A stretch of 64,000 nt of DNA from an uncultured delta proteobacterium (GTDB lineage: Bacteria; Desulfobacterota; Binatia; Binatales; Binataceae), in the NCBI GenBank assembly GCA_963794325.1, contig CAWCDG010000007.1:288001-352000 (forward strand), in the 5' to 3' direction. Positions within the stretch are counted from its first letter, which is position 1, and each line of letters begins with the position of its first letter. A model generated the notes under the pieces. It saw only the letters and a list, made by a program, of their open reading frames with translations, was not told the origin of the DNA and did no database searches. The position numbers and the translations under genes are program-made. Shown piece after piece: positions 33,183 to 42,155 of the stretch.

Positions 33183-34198
33183 TCAAACCGAAACAGCTAT
33201 CTATTTCGTTCGTTGCAATCATTCTTCTGCTATGCCTGAGTCCCGGGGCGCGTGCCGGGTCCTCGACTGAGTCGAGCGCACCGCCCGATCGAGCCCGCAG
33301 CTTCAACTTTACCTATCACGCGGATATTCCGGTCTCGAATCCCGCGACGAAAAAGTTCGAGGCATGGATTCCGCTTCCGCGCGAGGATGCGTTCCAGCAG
33401 GTTCGCGATCTGAAGATCGAGACGCCGGTGCATTTCGAGACTGTTGACCAGAATTCGAACGGAAATCGCGTGCTCCATCTCGAAGCTTCCGCGCCGCTGC
33501 CGGCGTCGGTGCCTGTCACTATGACGTTCGCGACGACTCGGCGTGAGGTGGCCGCCAATATGGTTGCGGCTGCGCGCGATTTGCCCGAACCGACTGACGG
33601 GCCCTTCGCCGCCTATCTGGAACCGAATCGCCTCGTGCCGCTGACGGGCAGAATCGCGCAGGTCAGCGCGAACCTGGCCGAGACCGACATGACTCCGCTG
33701 CAACAGGCGCGCGTCGATTACGAGTACGTGACCTCAGTCATGAAGTACGACAAGAGCGGCACCGGATGGGGCCGTGGCGACGCGCTCTACGCATGCGACG
33801 TCCGGCGCGGCAACTGCACCGATTTCCATTCCCTGTTCATTGGACTCGCGCGAGCCCGCGGAATCCCGGCGCGCTTCACGATTGGCTTTCCGATCGGCGC
33901 GGGGAAGTCCGGCGAGGTGCCCGGCTACCATTGCTGGGCGGAATTCTACTCGGGCGGAGTGTGGGTGCCGGTGGATGCGTCCGAAGCGTGGAAGCATCCA
34001 GAGCGCCATGACTACTACTTCGGGCATCTCGACGCGGCTCGGGTCGCGTTCACGATGGGCCGCGATTTCGAGCTCAAGCCTCCACAGAATGGGGGGCCGC
34101 TCAACTACCTGATTTACCCTTACGCCGAGCTCGACGGGGCAGCGGTGCCGCAGAAAGAAATCAAGACAAAGTTCTCTTACTCGAACACTGGCGGATGA
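33179..34198 (+). CDS. Transglutaminase-like (papain-fold) domain protein, exported
   Basis: Signal peptide; GNCTDFH (Cys), YHCWAEF (His), WVPVD (Asp). Confidence 0.92.
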   Translation: MIKPKQLSISFVAIILLLCLSPGARAGSSTESSAPPDRARSFNFTYHADIPVSNPATKKFEAWIPLPREDAFQQVRDLKIETPVHFETVDQNSNGNRVLHLEASAPLPASVPVTMTFATTRREVAANMVAAARDLPEPTDGPFAAYLEPNRLVPLTGRIAQVSANLAETDMTPLQQARVDYEYVTSVMKYDKSGTGWGRGDALYACDVRRGNCTDFHSLFIGLARARGIPARFTIGFPIGAGKSGEVPGYHCWAEFYSGGVWVPVDASEAWKHPERHDYYFGHLDAARVAFTMGRDFELKPPQNGGPLNYLIYPYAELDGAAVPQKEIKTKFSYSNTGG

Positions 34199-34215
34199 GG
34201 CCGCAATCGCGAACG

Positions 34216-34773
34216 CTAGAACATCGCGAACTCGGCGTTCTTGTCGACCTTCACCTTCATCGCGCTGGCGCTGGAGCTGACGACGCGACAGCCAATTGAG
34301 TCGCCGTTCTTGCACGCGTCATCGGCGTGGTCGGTCTGTTTTTTCGGCCACACCAGCAGCGAGAGAGACTCGCAGTCGTTCGCGTTGTCCGCTTTGCACG
34401 AAGCGTAGAGTTCCGAGTATCGCTCCCCGAGCCGATCGCATACCGCAGCGTCGCCGTTGTCGCACGCGACCGCGTCGAGCGCCTGGCATGATGCCTCGTC
34501 ATTCGCCCGACACTTTTGCGAGAGCTGACTGCTCGCCTGCGCCTGGAACGCTGGGACGTAGGCGGTGCATACGCGCGCTGGCGCTTCGCAACTCGATTGG
34601 AGCATCGCGACGCACGCGTCAGTTTCGTTTTCGGCGCACCGGTCGGCGTTCGTCTGATAGAGCCGATAGACGACAGATTCGCCGTACGGCATGCACGAAG
34701 AGAGCAAGCCCGCGATGCCAGCTGCGAAAGCGAAGCGCAAATGGCCGCGGCAATTTGGAGACAAATTGCGCAT
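34216..34773 (-). CDS. Cys-rich lipoprotein with C-X7-C repeats
   Basis: Lipobox LSSC; five C-X7-C pairs and one C-X6-C pair. Confidence 0.75.
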   Translation of the reverse strand: MRNLSPNCRGHLRFAFAAGIAGLLSSCMPYGESVVYRLYQTNADRCAENETDACVAMLQSSCEAPARVCTAYVPAFQAQASSQLSQKCRANDEASCQALDAVACDNGDAAVCDRLGERYSELYASCKADNANDCESLSLLVWPKKQTDHADDACKNGDSIGCRVVSSSASAMKVKVDKNAEFAMF

Positions 34774-34824
34774 GATCAACAGACGCTCGACGCCGTCAAA
34801 TGTTTCAAGCCGGGAAGGCGCAAC

Positions 34825-34854
34825 AAAAAAGGCAGTCCCAGCGGACTGCCTTTT
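34825..34854. terminator. Bidirectional intrinsic terminator
   Basis: aaaaaa-ggcagtcc-cagc-ggactgcc-tttt. Confidence 0.85.
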
Positions 34855-34874
34855 AAATCGAAATAAGAGAGTAA

Positions 34875-35060
34875 TCAGTGTTTGGTCTCGATACGCCTGC
34901 CGTAAGTCACTTCACCTTTGTCAACGCGCAGGCTGAAACCACAATCAGGATTTGTGCAGACCCAAGCCTTGAACATTACTGACGCGCCCTCCTGTCCGTA
35001 GTCGGACAGAGGAATCAACGCGCCATTGTTACACTTCTGGCACTTCGGCCACTCCATCAT
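34875..35060 (-). CDS. Small (61 aa) zinc-ribbon protein
   Basis: GGAGG SD; MMEWPKCQKC...AWVCTNPDCGFSLRVDKGEV (CxxC..CxxxxC). Confidence 0.82.
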   Translation of the reverse strand: MMEWPKCQKCNNGALIPLSDYGQEGASVMFKAWVCTNPDCGFSLRVDKGEVTYGRRIETKH

Positions 35061-35215
35061 CCGCGCCTCCTTGCAGCCGACCCGAACCGCATCGTCCGCG
35101 CCTGAAATTATCCGACCGTCAAATCTAAAGCAACGTGCCGCGTGAACGCAGCCGGAGCCGTCCAGAAGCGAGCCTGGGCGCACATTGGGTGCAGAGTTAG
35201 GGGAGTTCGACGGTA

Positions 35216-36694
35216 TTACTTGAGCGCGCGAACCGAAAAACCGCGATCGTTGCTGCATAGCAGCGAGCGCTTGCCGTCGAGCACGGTCTCGAGCACGACT
35301 TCGCGGCCCCACAGCCGCTGCAGGTAGTTGAGGCTCTTTTCGGCGTACTCGATATGAAGGTCACGGCCGTCATGATCGTGCTTCACATACAGGGTTCGAT
35401 TCTGGCCGAAGTCGGCGTCCTCGACCTTGAGGACCGGTATCGAGTTGGTGCCGACGCTCTTGATGAGCGTCGCCTTGACCTCTTTCCAGCCTTCGTCATC
35501 GGCGACTTTGCTGACGACCAGCTCCTCGCCGCGCGCCTCGTACTCGAAGATGTCCATCTCGCGCATGAGTTCTTCGGTCAGATAGCGGCGCAGGAACGAC
35601 GCGTCACGCTCGACCTCGCGGACCTCGAAGAGTTTTTCCATCCCGGATTTCGCCGGAGGGCCGTCGCGCTTGATCTCGTCTCTGGTCGGATTCGTATAGC
35701 GCCGGTAGATGTCTTCCCAAATCTTGAGTCCGAGGTGATACGGATTGATCTGACCGGGGATCGGGCGCGTGACCTGGTTGTGGTTGACGATGAATTCGAG
35801 ATGCAGCCCCTGCGGCAGGTCGAGCGACTCGAGGATCTTCTTGTGCCAGTAGCTCGCCCATCCCTCGTTCATGATCTTCGTCTCCATCATCGAGATGAAG
35901 TACTTGGCTTCTTCATCGACGATGGTCAGCAGGTCTTTTTCGAAGTCGGCGAGGAACGGGTTGTGATCGCGGATGAAGAGCAGGAGGTCTTCGTCGGGCT
36001 CGAGCGGGACCTTGTGGAAGTCGGGGACTTCGATTGTCTTGCGCGCGTGAATTTTCTGAAATGGATCGGGTTGTCCCTGCGCAGTGTCTTCGGCGCGAGC
36101 CATCTGCTGGTCCGGCGAGAGTTTCTTGATCGCAAAGTTGCGCCGGCATTGCCACGACAATGCGTGCGCCGCGTCGAGAATGCGCTCGACTTTTTCGACG
36201 CCAATCGACGGATCCTCAACGTAGCGCCGCACGCGCATCGCCGCGGCCTTGAAACTCTCAATCGTAAGCTCGGCGCGCGTCGCGGACTTGAACGTGAAAT
36301 TATTCTTGAAAAAGTCGTTGTGCCCGTAAACGTGCGCGATGGTCAGCACCTGCAGCAGCAGCGAGTTGTCTCGCATCAGGTAGGCAATCGCGGGATTCGA
36401 GTTGATTACCATCTCGTACGGCAGGCCGCTGACGCCGTGATCGTAAAGCGTCTTGAGCTTTTCGTACGATTTGCCATACGACCAGTGCGGGTAATGCGAG
36501 GGCATGCCGGAATACGCCATGTAACCGAGCATCCCGTTGTGATCGCAAAGCTCGAACTCCTGCGGATAGCAGTCGAGCCCGAACTCGGCGGTCTTCGCCC
36601 GAATCTTATTGTCCCACTCGACGAGGTCGTCGAGCGTCCACACCGTGAGGTTCGGGGCGGCGCCGGTGTGAGGAGTCGTCGGAGACGCGCTCAT
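35216..36694 (-). CDS. spoVR: SpoVR/YcgB family protein
   Basis: GMPSHYPHWSYGK, YEMVINSNP, AHVYGHNDFFKNN, TKIMNEGWASYWH, INPYHLG; ATG overlaps the yeaH stop. Confidence 0.95.
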   Translation of the reverse strand: MSASPTTPHTGAAPNLTVWTLDDLVEWDNKIRAKTAEFGLDCYPQEFELCDHNGMLGYMAYSGMPSHYPHWSYGKSYEKLKTLYDHGVSGLPYEMVINSNPAIAYLMRDNSLLLQVLTIAHVYGHNDFFKNNFTFKSATRAELTIESFKAAAMRVRRYVEDPSIGVEKVERILDAAHALSWQCRRNFAIKKLSPDQQMARAEDTAQGQPDPFQKIHARKTIEVPDFHKVPLEPDEDLLLFIRDHNPFLADFEKDLLTIVDEEAKYFISMMETKIMNEGWASYWHKKILESLDLPQGLHLEFIVNHNQVTRPIPGQINPYHLGLKIWEDIYRRYTNPTRDEIKRDGPPAKSGMEKLFEVREVERDASFLRRYLTEELMREMDIFEYEARGEELVVSKVADDEGWKEVKATLIKSVGTNSIPVLKVEDADFGQNRTLYVKHDHDGRDLHIEYAEKSLNYLQRLWGREVVLETVLDGKRSLLCSNDRGFSVRALK

Positions 36695-38034
36695 TGTTCC
36701 TTCACCCGGTCCTTGGCCAGGAACGCTTTGAACGAAGGCCAGATGTCTTCCTTGCGCTCGATCAGCACAGTGTGAAAGTTCGGCGCCTGGATTCGGCGGA
36801 ACACGTTGAGCATCGAGGATTCGTAGTAGCGCGAGCCAAGCGGCTTGATCTCGCCGTAACCGAACAGGTTGCAAATCTCGGCAAGCTCTTCGGCGTCTTT
36901 CAGCGCGGCGGGATTGTCCGAGTCGAAGTTGTCGCCGTCTGAGCAATGGAACGCGTACAGATTCCACAGCGACGGATGGTACCGCGCGGCAATTATTTCG
37001 AGCGCCTTGGCGTAGCCCGACGAGATGAAGGTGCCGCCCGATTCGCCCTTGTGAAAAAATTCTTCCTCGGTGACCTCGCTGGCCTCCGTGTGATGCGCGA
37101 TGAAAACGATTTCGACGTTGCGGTAGCGGGTCGAGATGAACTGGTACAGCAGGAAGAAGAAGCTGCGCGCGAGGTACTTCTTCATCGTGTCCATCGAGCC
37201 CGACGTATCCATGATGCAGATTACCGCGGCGTTCGATTCTTCCTTGGTGTCGATCTCGACGTGCTTGTAGCGCAGGTCGTCCTGATGGAACGGGAAGCGC
37301 CGGCGGACGCGCTGGTATGCCGCGATCGGCGACGCGTCGAGCGCTTCTTCGTCGATCGGCGCTCCGTCCAGGGTGCCTTCCTCGAGCGCGATCTCGTCGA
37401 GCGCGCCTTCGACGTCGGTATCGGCGCCGATCTCGCGATCGGCCTTCGATTCCTGAAGTGCACGCGCGGCGGCATTGAGCCGCTTGTCGGACGCGAGCAT
37501 ACGCATCACGCGCTGCTTGGCGGTGCGCCGCTTGTCGAGTCGGATTCGGATACCGACCTTGCGGTAGCCTTTGCGCCGCGACGAGTACTCCGACTGGATT
37601 TCGCGCAGCGCACGGCGCTCGAGGTTGGGCAGTTCGAGATCCTCGAACATGATCTCGATCAATTCCTCCAGCGTCACGTCGGTTTCGTAATAGTCGACAC
37701 CCGGGCGGTCGCCCGCCTGCTCGTCGCCCTTGCCGGGGCCGTCCTTGCCGGTCTTGCCGACGACTTGCCCGGGGCGGGAATCGCCGTCGCCCTGCGACGC
37801 GCCGGGCGCGTTGTCGCCGAAGACAAACCGGTATTCCTTGATCCCGCGAAGCGGCACCTTGATTACGCGGTCCTTGTTTTTACCGATGATCGATTCTTCG
37901 GCGATGATGTCGGCGATGTTCTCGCGAATCGATTCGCGAACTTTCTGCCTATGCCGCAGCCGGTCGCCGGCTGAGCGATCTGAGCGCTCGGCGTCAGAGA
38001 TCCGGTACTCGCGAAAGATAGTATCGCCGCTCAT
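36691..38034 (-). CDS. yeaH: YeaH/YhbH (DUF444) vWA-domain protein
   Basis: EDLELPNL, MDTSGSM (MIDAS), ESGGTFISS, HCSDGDN, FGYGEI. Confidence 0.95.
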   Translation of the reverse strand: MSGDTIFREYRISDAERSDRSAGDRLRHRQKVRESIRENIADIIAEESIIGKNKDRVIKVPLRGIKEYRFVFGDNAPGASQGDGDSRPGQVVGKTGKDGPGKGDEQAGDRPGVDYYETDVTLEELIEIMFEDLELPNLERRALREIQSEYSSRRKGYRKVGIRIRLDKRRTAKQRVMRMLASDKRLNAAARALQESKADREIGADTDVEGALDEIALEEGTLDGAPIDEEALDASPIAAYQRVRRRFPFHQDDLRYKHVEIDTKEESNAAVICIMDTSGSMDTMKKYLARSFFFLLYQFISTRYRNVEIVFIAHHTEASEVTEEEFFHKGESGGTFISSGYAKALEIIAARYHPSLWNLYAFHCSDGDNFDSDNPAALKDAEELAEICNLFGYGEIKPLGSRYYESSMLNVFRRIQAPNFHTVLIERKEDIWPSFKAFLAKDRVKEQ

Positions 38035-38164
38035 CCGGACACCTTAGTTTTGGTGTGCCACAATAGGTGGTGGTGTCGAGGCATGTTTACTACCATCGGT
38101 AGTTTCGTTCCGTCAGAAATTGTGTTTCGCACCGCTTGATGGTCGACGCGTTTCGCACCGTCGA

Positions 38165-38203
38165 ATCCGGGATTCTTCGCTTCGCTCTGAATGACACAAA
38201 GAG
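38165..38203 (-). repeat. REP-like element, copy 2, inside the yeaG-yeaH spacer
   Basis: Reverse complement is 38/39 identical to 2935-2973. Confidence 0.85.
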
Positions 38204-38229
38204 AAGAGCCACAGACCTCCATCTGGACA

Positions 38230-40164
38230 TCAATCCTTCCATAGATTGTTTGCGGCGTACTTCAGCACCACATCTACGCATGATTCGCAGTAGCCGTTTT
38301 CGAGCAGGTTTTTTACCATCGAGCCGTACTTTTCGCCCTGCTCTTCGTCGCGGGTGCGCGCCTTGGTGATGATGCGCGAGATGTCGCGCACACTGGTCAT
38401 CAGCTTTTTCTCGATCGCTTCTTTGAGCGGCTCGTAGCTCTTGTAGCTGATCTTTTCGCCGCGTCGCGAGGTGGCCCACAGGTACGCGATCACTTCCTGG
38501 CGGAATCCGTCGGCGGCCGATCCGATTATCGCGATTTGCTCCTCGATCGATTTCAGGAAGCCCTCGTCTGGCGACAGTTCCTCGTTGGTGTTGCGATCGC
38601 GCACGCGAGTCTTGTTGACGTACGCCTCGGCGTGATCGAGGTAATTCTGGAACAGCGACTCCGCCTGCTCCTGGTACGAGTACACGAACGCGCGCGTGAT
38701 CTCTTTTTCGAGCAGGTCGAGATATTCCTTGTGCAGCGTGTCCTGCAGGAATTCGAGATACTGTTTGCGCGTGTCGTCGGGCAGGTCGCCCTCCTTGGTC
38801 ATCGAGATCAGCGCCTCGCGCACGTTGATCGGATTGATGCAGTTGCCGGTGACGTTGTCCGACAGCGCGTTGTCGAGCGCTTTCATAATGAAGCGGGTCG
38901 AGATGCCCGACATGCCTTCGCGCTTGGTGTCTTCCTTCAACTCTTGCACGTCGATCTTCTTGGTGCGCCCTTTCTCGACGACTTCTTCACCGTTGTAGAG
39001 GCGCAGCTTGGTCATCAGATCGCACTTCGAAGTCGGCTCGAGGCGCGACAGGATCGCGTACATCGAGGCGAGTTCGAGCGTGTGCGGCGCGACGTGCGCG
39101 CGGAAGTCGGAGTTCCGGATGATCTTCTGGTAGATCTTGACCTCTTCCGACAGGCGCAGGTTGTACGGCACCTTCACGACGACGATACGGTCGAGGATTG
39201 CCTCGTTGGTGTGATCGGCCTTGAACTTCTGCCACTCGGCTTCGTTCGAATGCGCGACGATGCAGGTATCGACGTACACCATTCCGTGCCGTCCGGGCGC
39301 GGGGATGACTTTTTCCTGGGTCGCCGTGATCATCGCGTGCAGATACTCGGTCTCGTTCTTGAAAACTTCGATGAACTCGACGATTCCGCGGTTGCCGACG
39401 TTGAGCGCGCCGTTGAGTTCGAGCACGCGCGGGTCGCCCTCGGAATACTGGTCGAGCTTCGAGATGTCTTCCGATCCGATCAGCACCGAGGTGTCCTGGT
39501 TATTCGGATCGACCGGCGGCACCACGCCGACGCCGACCCGGTTGCGCTTGGAGAAGTTGCGCGCGATTACCGGGAATTCCTCGTAGCGATTGTTGAACTC
39601 GGACTTGAGCCGATAGCGGCACACCGGGCACAGGTCGCCCTCGATATGCACCCCGAGCATCTTCTCGAACTCGCGCCGCAAATGGCGCGGAACCAGATGC
39701 AGCGGCTCCTCGTTCATCGGGCATCCTTCGATCGCGTAGATGAGTCCGACCTGCTCGAGTCCGCGCTGGATTCGTTCGACCAGCGAACTCTTGCCCGAGC
39801 CTACCGGGCCCATCAGATAGAGAACCTGGCGGCTCTCTTCGCCCTTGAGCGACGCGGAATGGAAATAGCGGACGATCTGCGCGATGGTGCGCTCGATTCC
39901 GAAGAACTCCTCGGAGAAGAAATCGAACACCTTGAGCGGCTCATCCTTGAACAGCCGCTTGGTGCGCGGATCGTCGGTGTCGGCCAGCGGATGCAGGCCG
40001 ATCGAGATGATCAGGTCGTAAATCCGCGCGTGCGCGAGCTTGGTCATGATCGGGTCGGCTTTCACGACCTCGAGATATTCGAGCAAAGTGCCGCGCCATT
40101 GCTTGGACTCGCGTGCCGCGCGGTCTTCTTTGATCACTCGCTCGAAGTTATTGAGATCCGCCAT
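38230..40164 (-). CDS. prkA: PrkA/YeaG family AAA+ serine protein kinase
   Basis: Walker A GPVGSGKS, CPMNEEPLHL, NRGIVEFIEVFK, NEAILDRI, GMSGISTRF. Confidence 0.96.
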   Translation of the reverse strand: MADLNNFERVIKEDRAARESKQWRGTLLEYLEVVKADPIMTKLAHARIYDLIISIGLHPLADTDDPRTKRLFKDEPLKVFDFFSEEFFGIERTIAQIVRYFHSASLKGEESRQVLYLMGPVGSGKSSLVERIQRGLEQVGLIYAIEGCPMNEEPLHLVPRHLRREFEKMLGVHIEGDLCPVCRYRLKSEFNNRYEEFPVIARNFSKRNRVGVGVVPPVDPNNQDTSVLIGSEDISKLDQYSEGDPRVLELNGALNVGNRGIVEFIEVFKNETEYLHAMITATQEKVIPAPGRHGMVYVDTCIVAHSNEAEWQKFKADHTNEAILDRIVVVKVPYNLRLSEEVKIYQKIIRNSDFRAHVAPHTLELASMYAILSRLEPTSKCDLMTKLRLYNGEEVVEKGRTKKIDVQELKEDTKREGMSGISTRFIMKALDNALSDNVTGNCINPINVREALISMTKEGDLPDDTRKQYLEFLQDTLHKEYLDLLEKEITRAFVYSYQEQAESLFQNYLDHAEAYVNKTRVRDRNTNEELSPDEGFLKSIEEQIAIIGSAADGFRQEVIAYLWATSRRGEKISYKSYEPLKEAIEKKLMTSVRDISRIITKARTRDEEQGEKYGSMVKNLLENGYCESCVDVVLKYAANNLWKD

Positions 40165-40368
40165 CGGCTATCTCCTTCGGGTTCGGGTTATAGAGTGTTG
40201 GACAGTTTTACTGCCTGGGAGAGGGGAAACCGGTCGGGCCGTACTGTTTCTGAAGCCCATCTGAAGTCGAGTATATCGGACACGGTTATCTGCAACAAGT
40301 AAAACAGTCGCAAGCAACACGCTCAGACGTGTCTCGTATCAACATGCAAGCAGAATGCAGATTGGACT

Positions 40369-41259
40369 TTACTGAAAAGACTGAAAGAGCCGCTCGGAGA
40401 CCGGGACGGTATCGCCGAGCACGATTCGCCCGCGATCGTTTTTCACCATCGCGGCGAAGACGGTGTCGTCGTGCGCGAACGACAGCCACCATCGGTTCTC
40501 CGCCGCGAGGCCGAGGTAGCGCGCTTTCTGCTCCATCGTGCGCAGCGCGTCGAGGTCGTAAGCCTGATTCCATGGACCGCGGATATGCGATCGCGTCGGA
40601 ACGATATCGGCGAGATGCATGAAGCATTCGCCAGTGTCGCTGACCATCGCCGCCTGATGGTCCCGCGTATGTCCGCCGGTGACTACGGCGCGCACGCCGG
40701 CGACGACCTCGGTGTCGCCATCGACGACTTCGAGCATCGAGCGCACCGGCGTGAGGATTTCCGCGGCATGCCGATAGGCGGCGCGCAGCCGTTCGTTGCG
40801 CGGATTGTCGGCGATGTCGAGTTCGCCGCGCTGCACGAAAATTCGCGCGCGCGGAAACGCGGCTTCGAACGTGCCGGAATCGCGACGGCGCACGATCCCG
40901 CCGCAATGATCGAAATGCAGATGCGACACGATCAGATGGGTGATGTCGCCCGCTTCCATCCCGAGCGCGTCGAGATGCTGCGGGAGCCATCCGTCGCCAT
41001 GATCGAAAATCTGGCGCTCGACTGAACTGAGCCGATTACCGATTCCCGTATCGACCAGGATCGCATCGCTGCCTTTCATAATTAGCGGACAGGTCAGGTT
41101 GAGGCGGATACGGTTGCGATCGTCGGGCGGATGGTTGTGTTTCCAGAGTTCGCGCGGCACGACACCGAACATGCATCCGCCGTCATTGCGCCACAGACCG
41201 TCGGCGAGGAACGCGACGGTGAACCCGCCAACTTTGATCTTCGGTGGTATCTCAGCCAT
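40369..41259 (-). CDS. MBL-fold metallo-hydrolase (YtnP-like)
   Basis: DGGCMFGVVP, SHLHFDHCGG, GGHTRDH, ADIVP, FAHD. Confidence 0.92.
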   Translation of the reverse strand: MAEIPPKIKVGGFTVAFLADGLWRNDGGCMFGVVPRELWKHNHPPDDRNRIRLNLTCPLIMKGSDAILVDTGIGNRLSSVERQIFDHGDGWLPQHLDALGMEAGDITHLIVSHLHFDHCGGIVRRRDSGTFEAAFPRARIFVQRGELDIADNPRNERLRAAYRHAAEILTPVRSMLEVVDGDTEVVAGVRAVVTGGHTRDHQAAMVSDTGECFMHLADIVPTRSHIRGPWNQAYDLDALRTMEQKARYLGLAAENRWWLSFAHDDTVFAAMVKNDRGRIVLGDTVPVSERLFQSFQ

Positions 41260-41268
41260 CGAGCGTCC

Positions 41269-41739
41269 TCAACTTCCCATCAACCACGTTCCGAGTATCA
41301 GCGCGATACCACCCATCGCGACGATCGCGATATGCGCGCGCGTCATTCGGGACATCGCGCCCGGCACGGCGTCGGTCCGTTCACGGGCAACCAGCGCCTT
41401 GATCACGGCGCCGATTCTCATCGACCAGGTCATCACGACGATCATAACGATAAACAACCCAATCTTGATCGCAAGCACGGTCATGAAGGCGGTCGAGAAC
41501 ACGAAGCGCCTCGCGACTCCCGCGGTCGTCAGGTTGATGAATCCTGTGATTAGCAGGACGATCGCGGCGGCGAGGCCGAGCGTATCGATCTTGGGCGCAG
41601 CGTTCGCGACGAAATTTCGCTGCTCGACGCTCCCGGTCGCGAGCGCGAGCCCCGCGATCACAAAGCAAGCGCACGCGCCGACCCAGATAGCGCCGGCAGC
41701 CGCATGCGTCCAGAGAATCGCAGAAGAGAGCAATCGCAA
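41269..41739 (-). CDS. Four-TM membrane protein (CopD/DUF2269-like)
   Basis: WTHAAAGAIWVG, LLITG, LAIKIGL; TTG start with GGAG SD. Confidence 0.72.
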   Translation of the reverse strand: MRLLSSAILWTHAAAGAIWVGACACFVIAGLALATGSVEQRNFVANAAPKIDTLGLAAAIVLLITGFINLTTAGVARRFVFSTAFMTVLAIKIGLFIVMIVVMTWSMRIGAVIKALVARERTDAVPGAMSRMTRAHIAIVAMGGIALILGTWLMGS

Positions 41740-41891
41740 GGTCTCCGTTTGACGAACCGCGAAAAGATTAGCCCGCAGTCACCTGCAATTACACCCTACC
41801 GAGTTGGCGAGGCGGACGTTTCGATCAGCGGCTGGATGGATAAAAAGCCGGGATTCTGCGAAAATGCGGTGGAATGGCGCAAGCTTCAAAA

Positions 41892-42155
41892 ATGGCCAAC
41901 GCAGCGAAGGGTGCACCGTCAGAAGTTCGACGCAACTACGAAGCATTCGTGCGAAAGCTGCCAGAGCTTCTTGCTGCGCGTCGCGGAAAATTCGCTTTGA
42001 TGCACGATGCCGAGATCGTCGAGTTTTTCGACACCGCCGCGGACGCATTTCGAGCGGGCAAGAAGCTCCACGGAGAGGGTAGATTTTCCATTCAGGAAGT
42101 CACCGACGCGGTGGCCGACCTTGGCTTCCTTTCTCATGCCCTGCCTCAGCGGTAA
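41892..42155 (+). CDS. Small protein, DUF5678-like
   Basis: NYEAFVRKLPELL..GKFALMHDAEIVEFFDT..DAFRAG..FSIQEV pattern; overlaps the downstream protease gene. Confidence 0.75.
   Translation: MANAAKGAPSEVRRNYEAFVRKLPELLAARRGKFALMHDAEIVEFFDTAADAFRAGKKLHGEGRFSIQEVTDAVADLGFLSHALPQR

Noticed and set aside
38031-38222. 63-aa ORF in the prkA-yeaH spacer
   Set aside because: Largely a translation of the REP palindrome (VIQSEAKNP) with no protein-like features
38536-40302. Long antisense ORFs (588 aa here; also 35354-36775, 54847-56205, 61224-62768 and others)
   Set aside because: Shadow frames of well-supported genes in GC-rich DNA; Arg-rich and without motifs
40344-40362. Sigma54-like site upstream of prkA (minus strand TG-N10-GC)
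   Set aside because: Lacks the invariant -24 GG, although yeaGH is RpoN-dependent in E. coli
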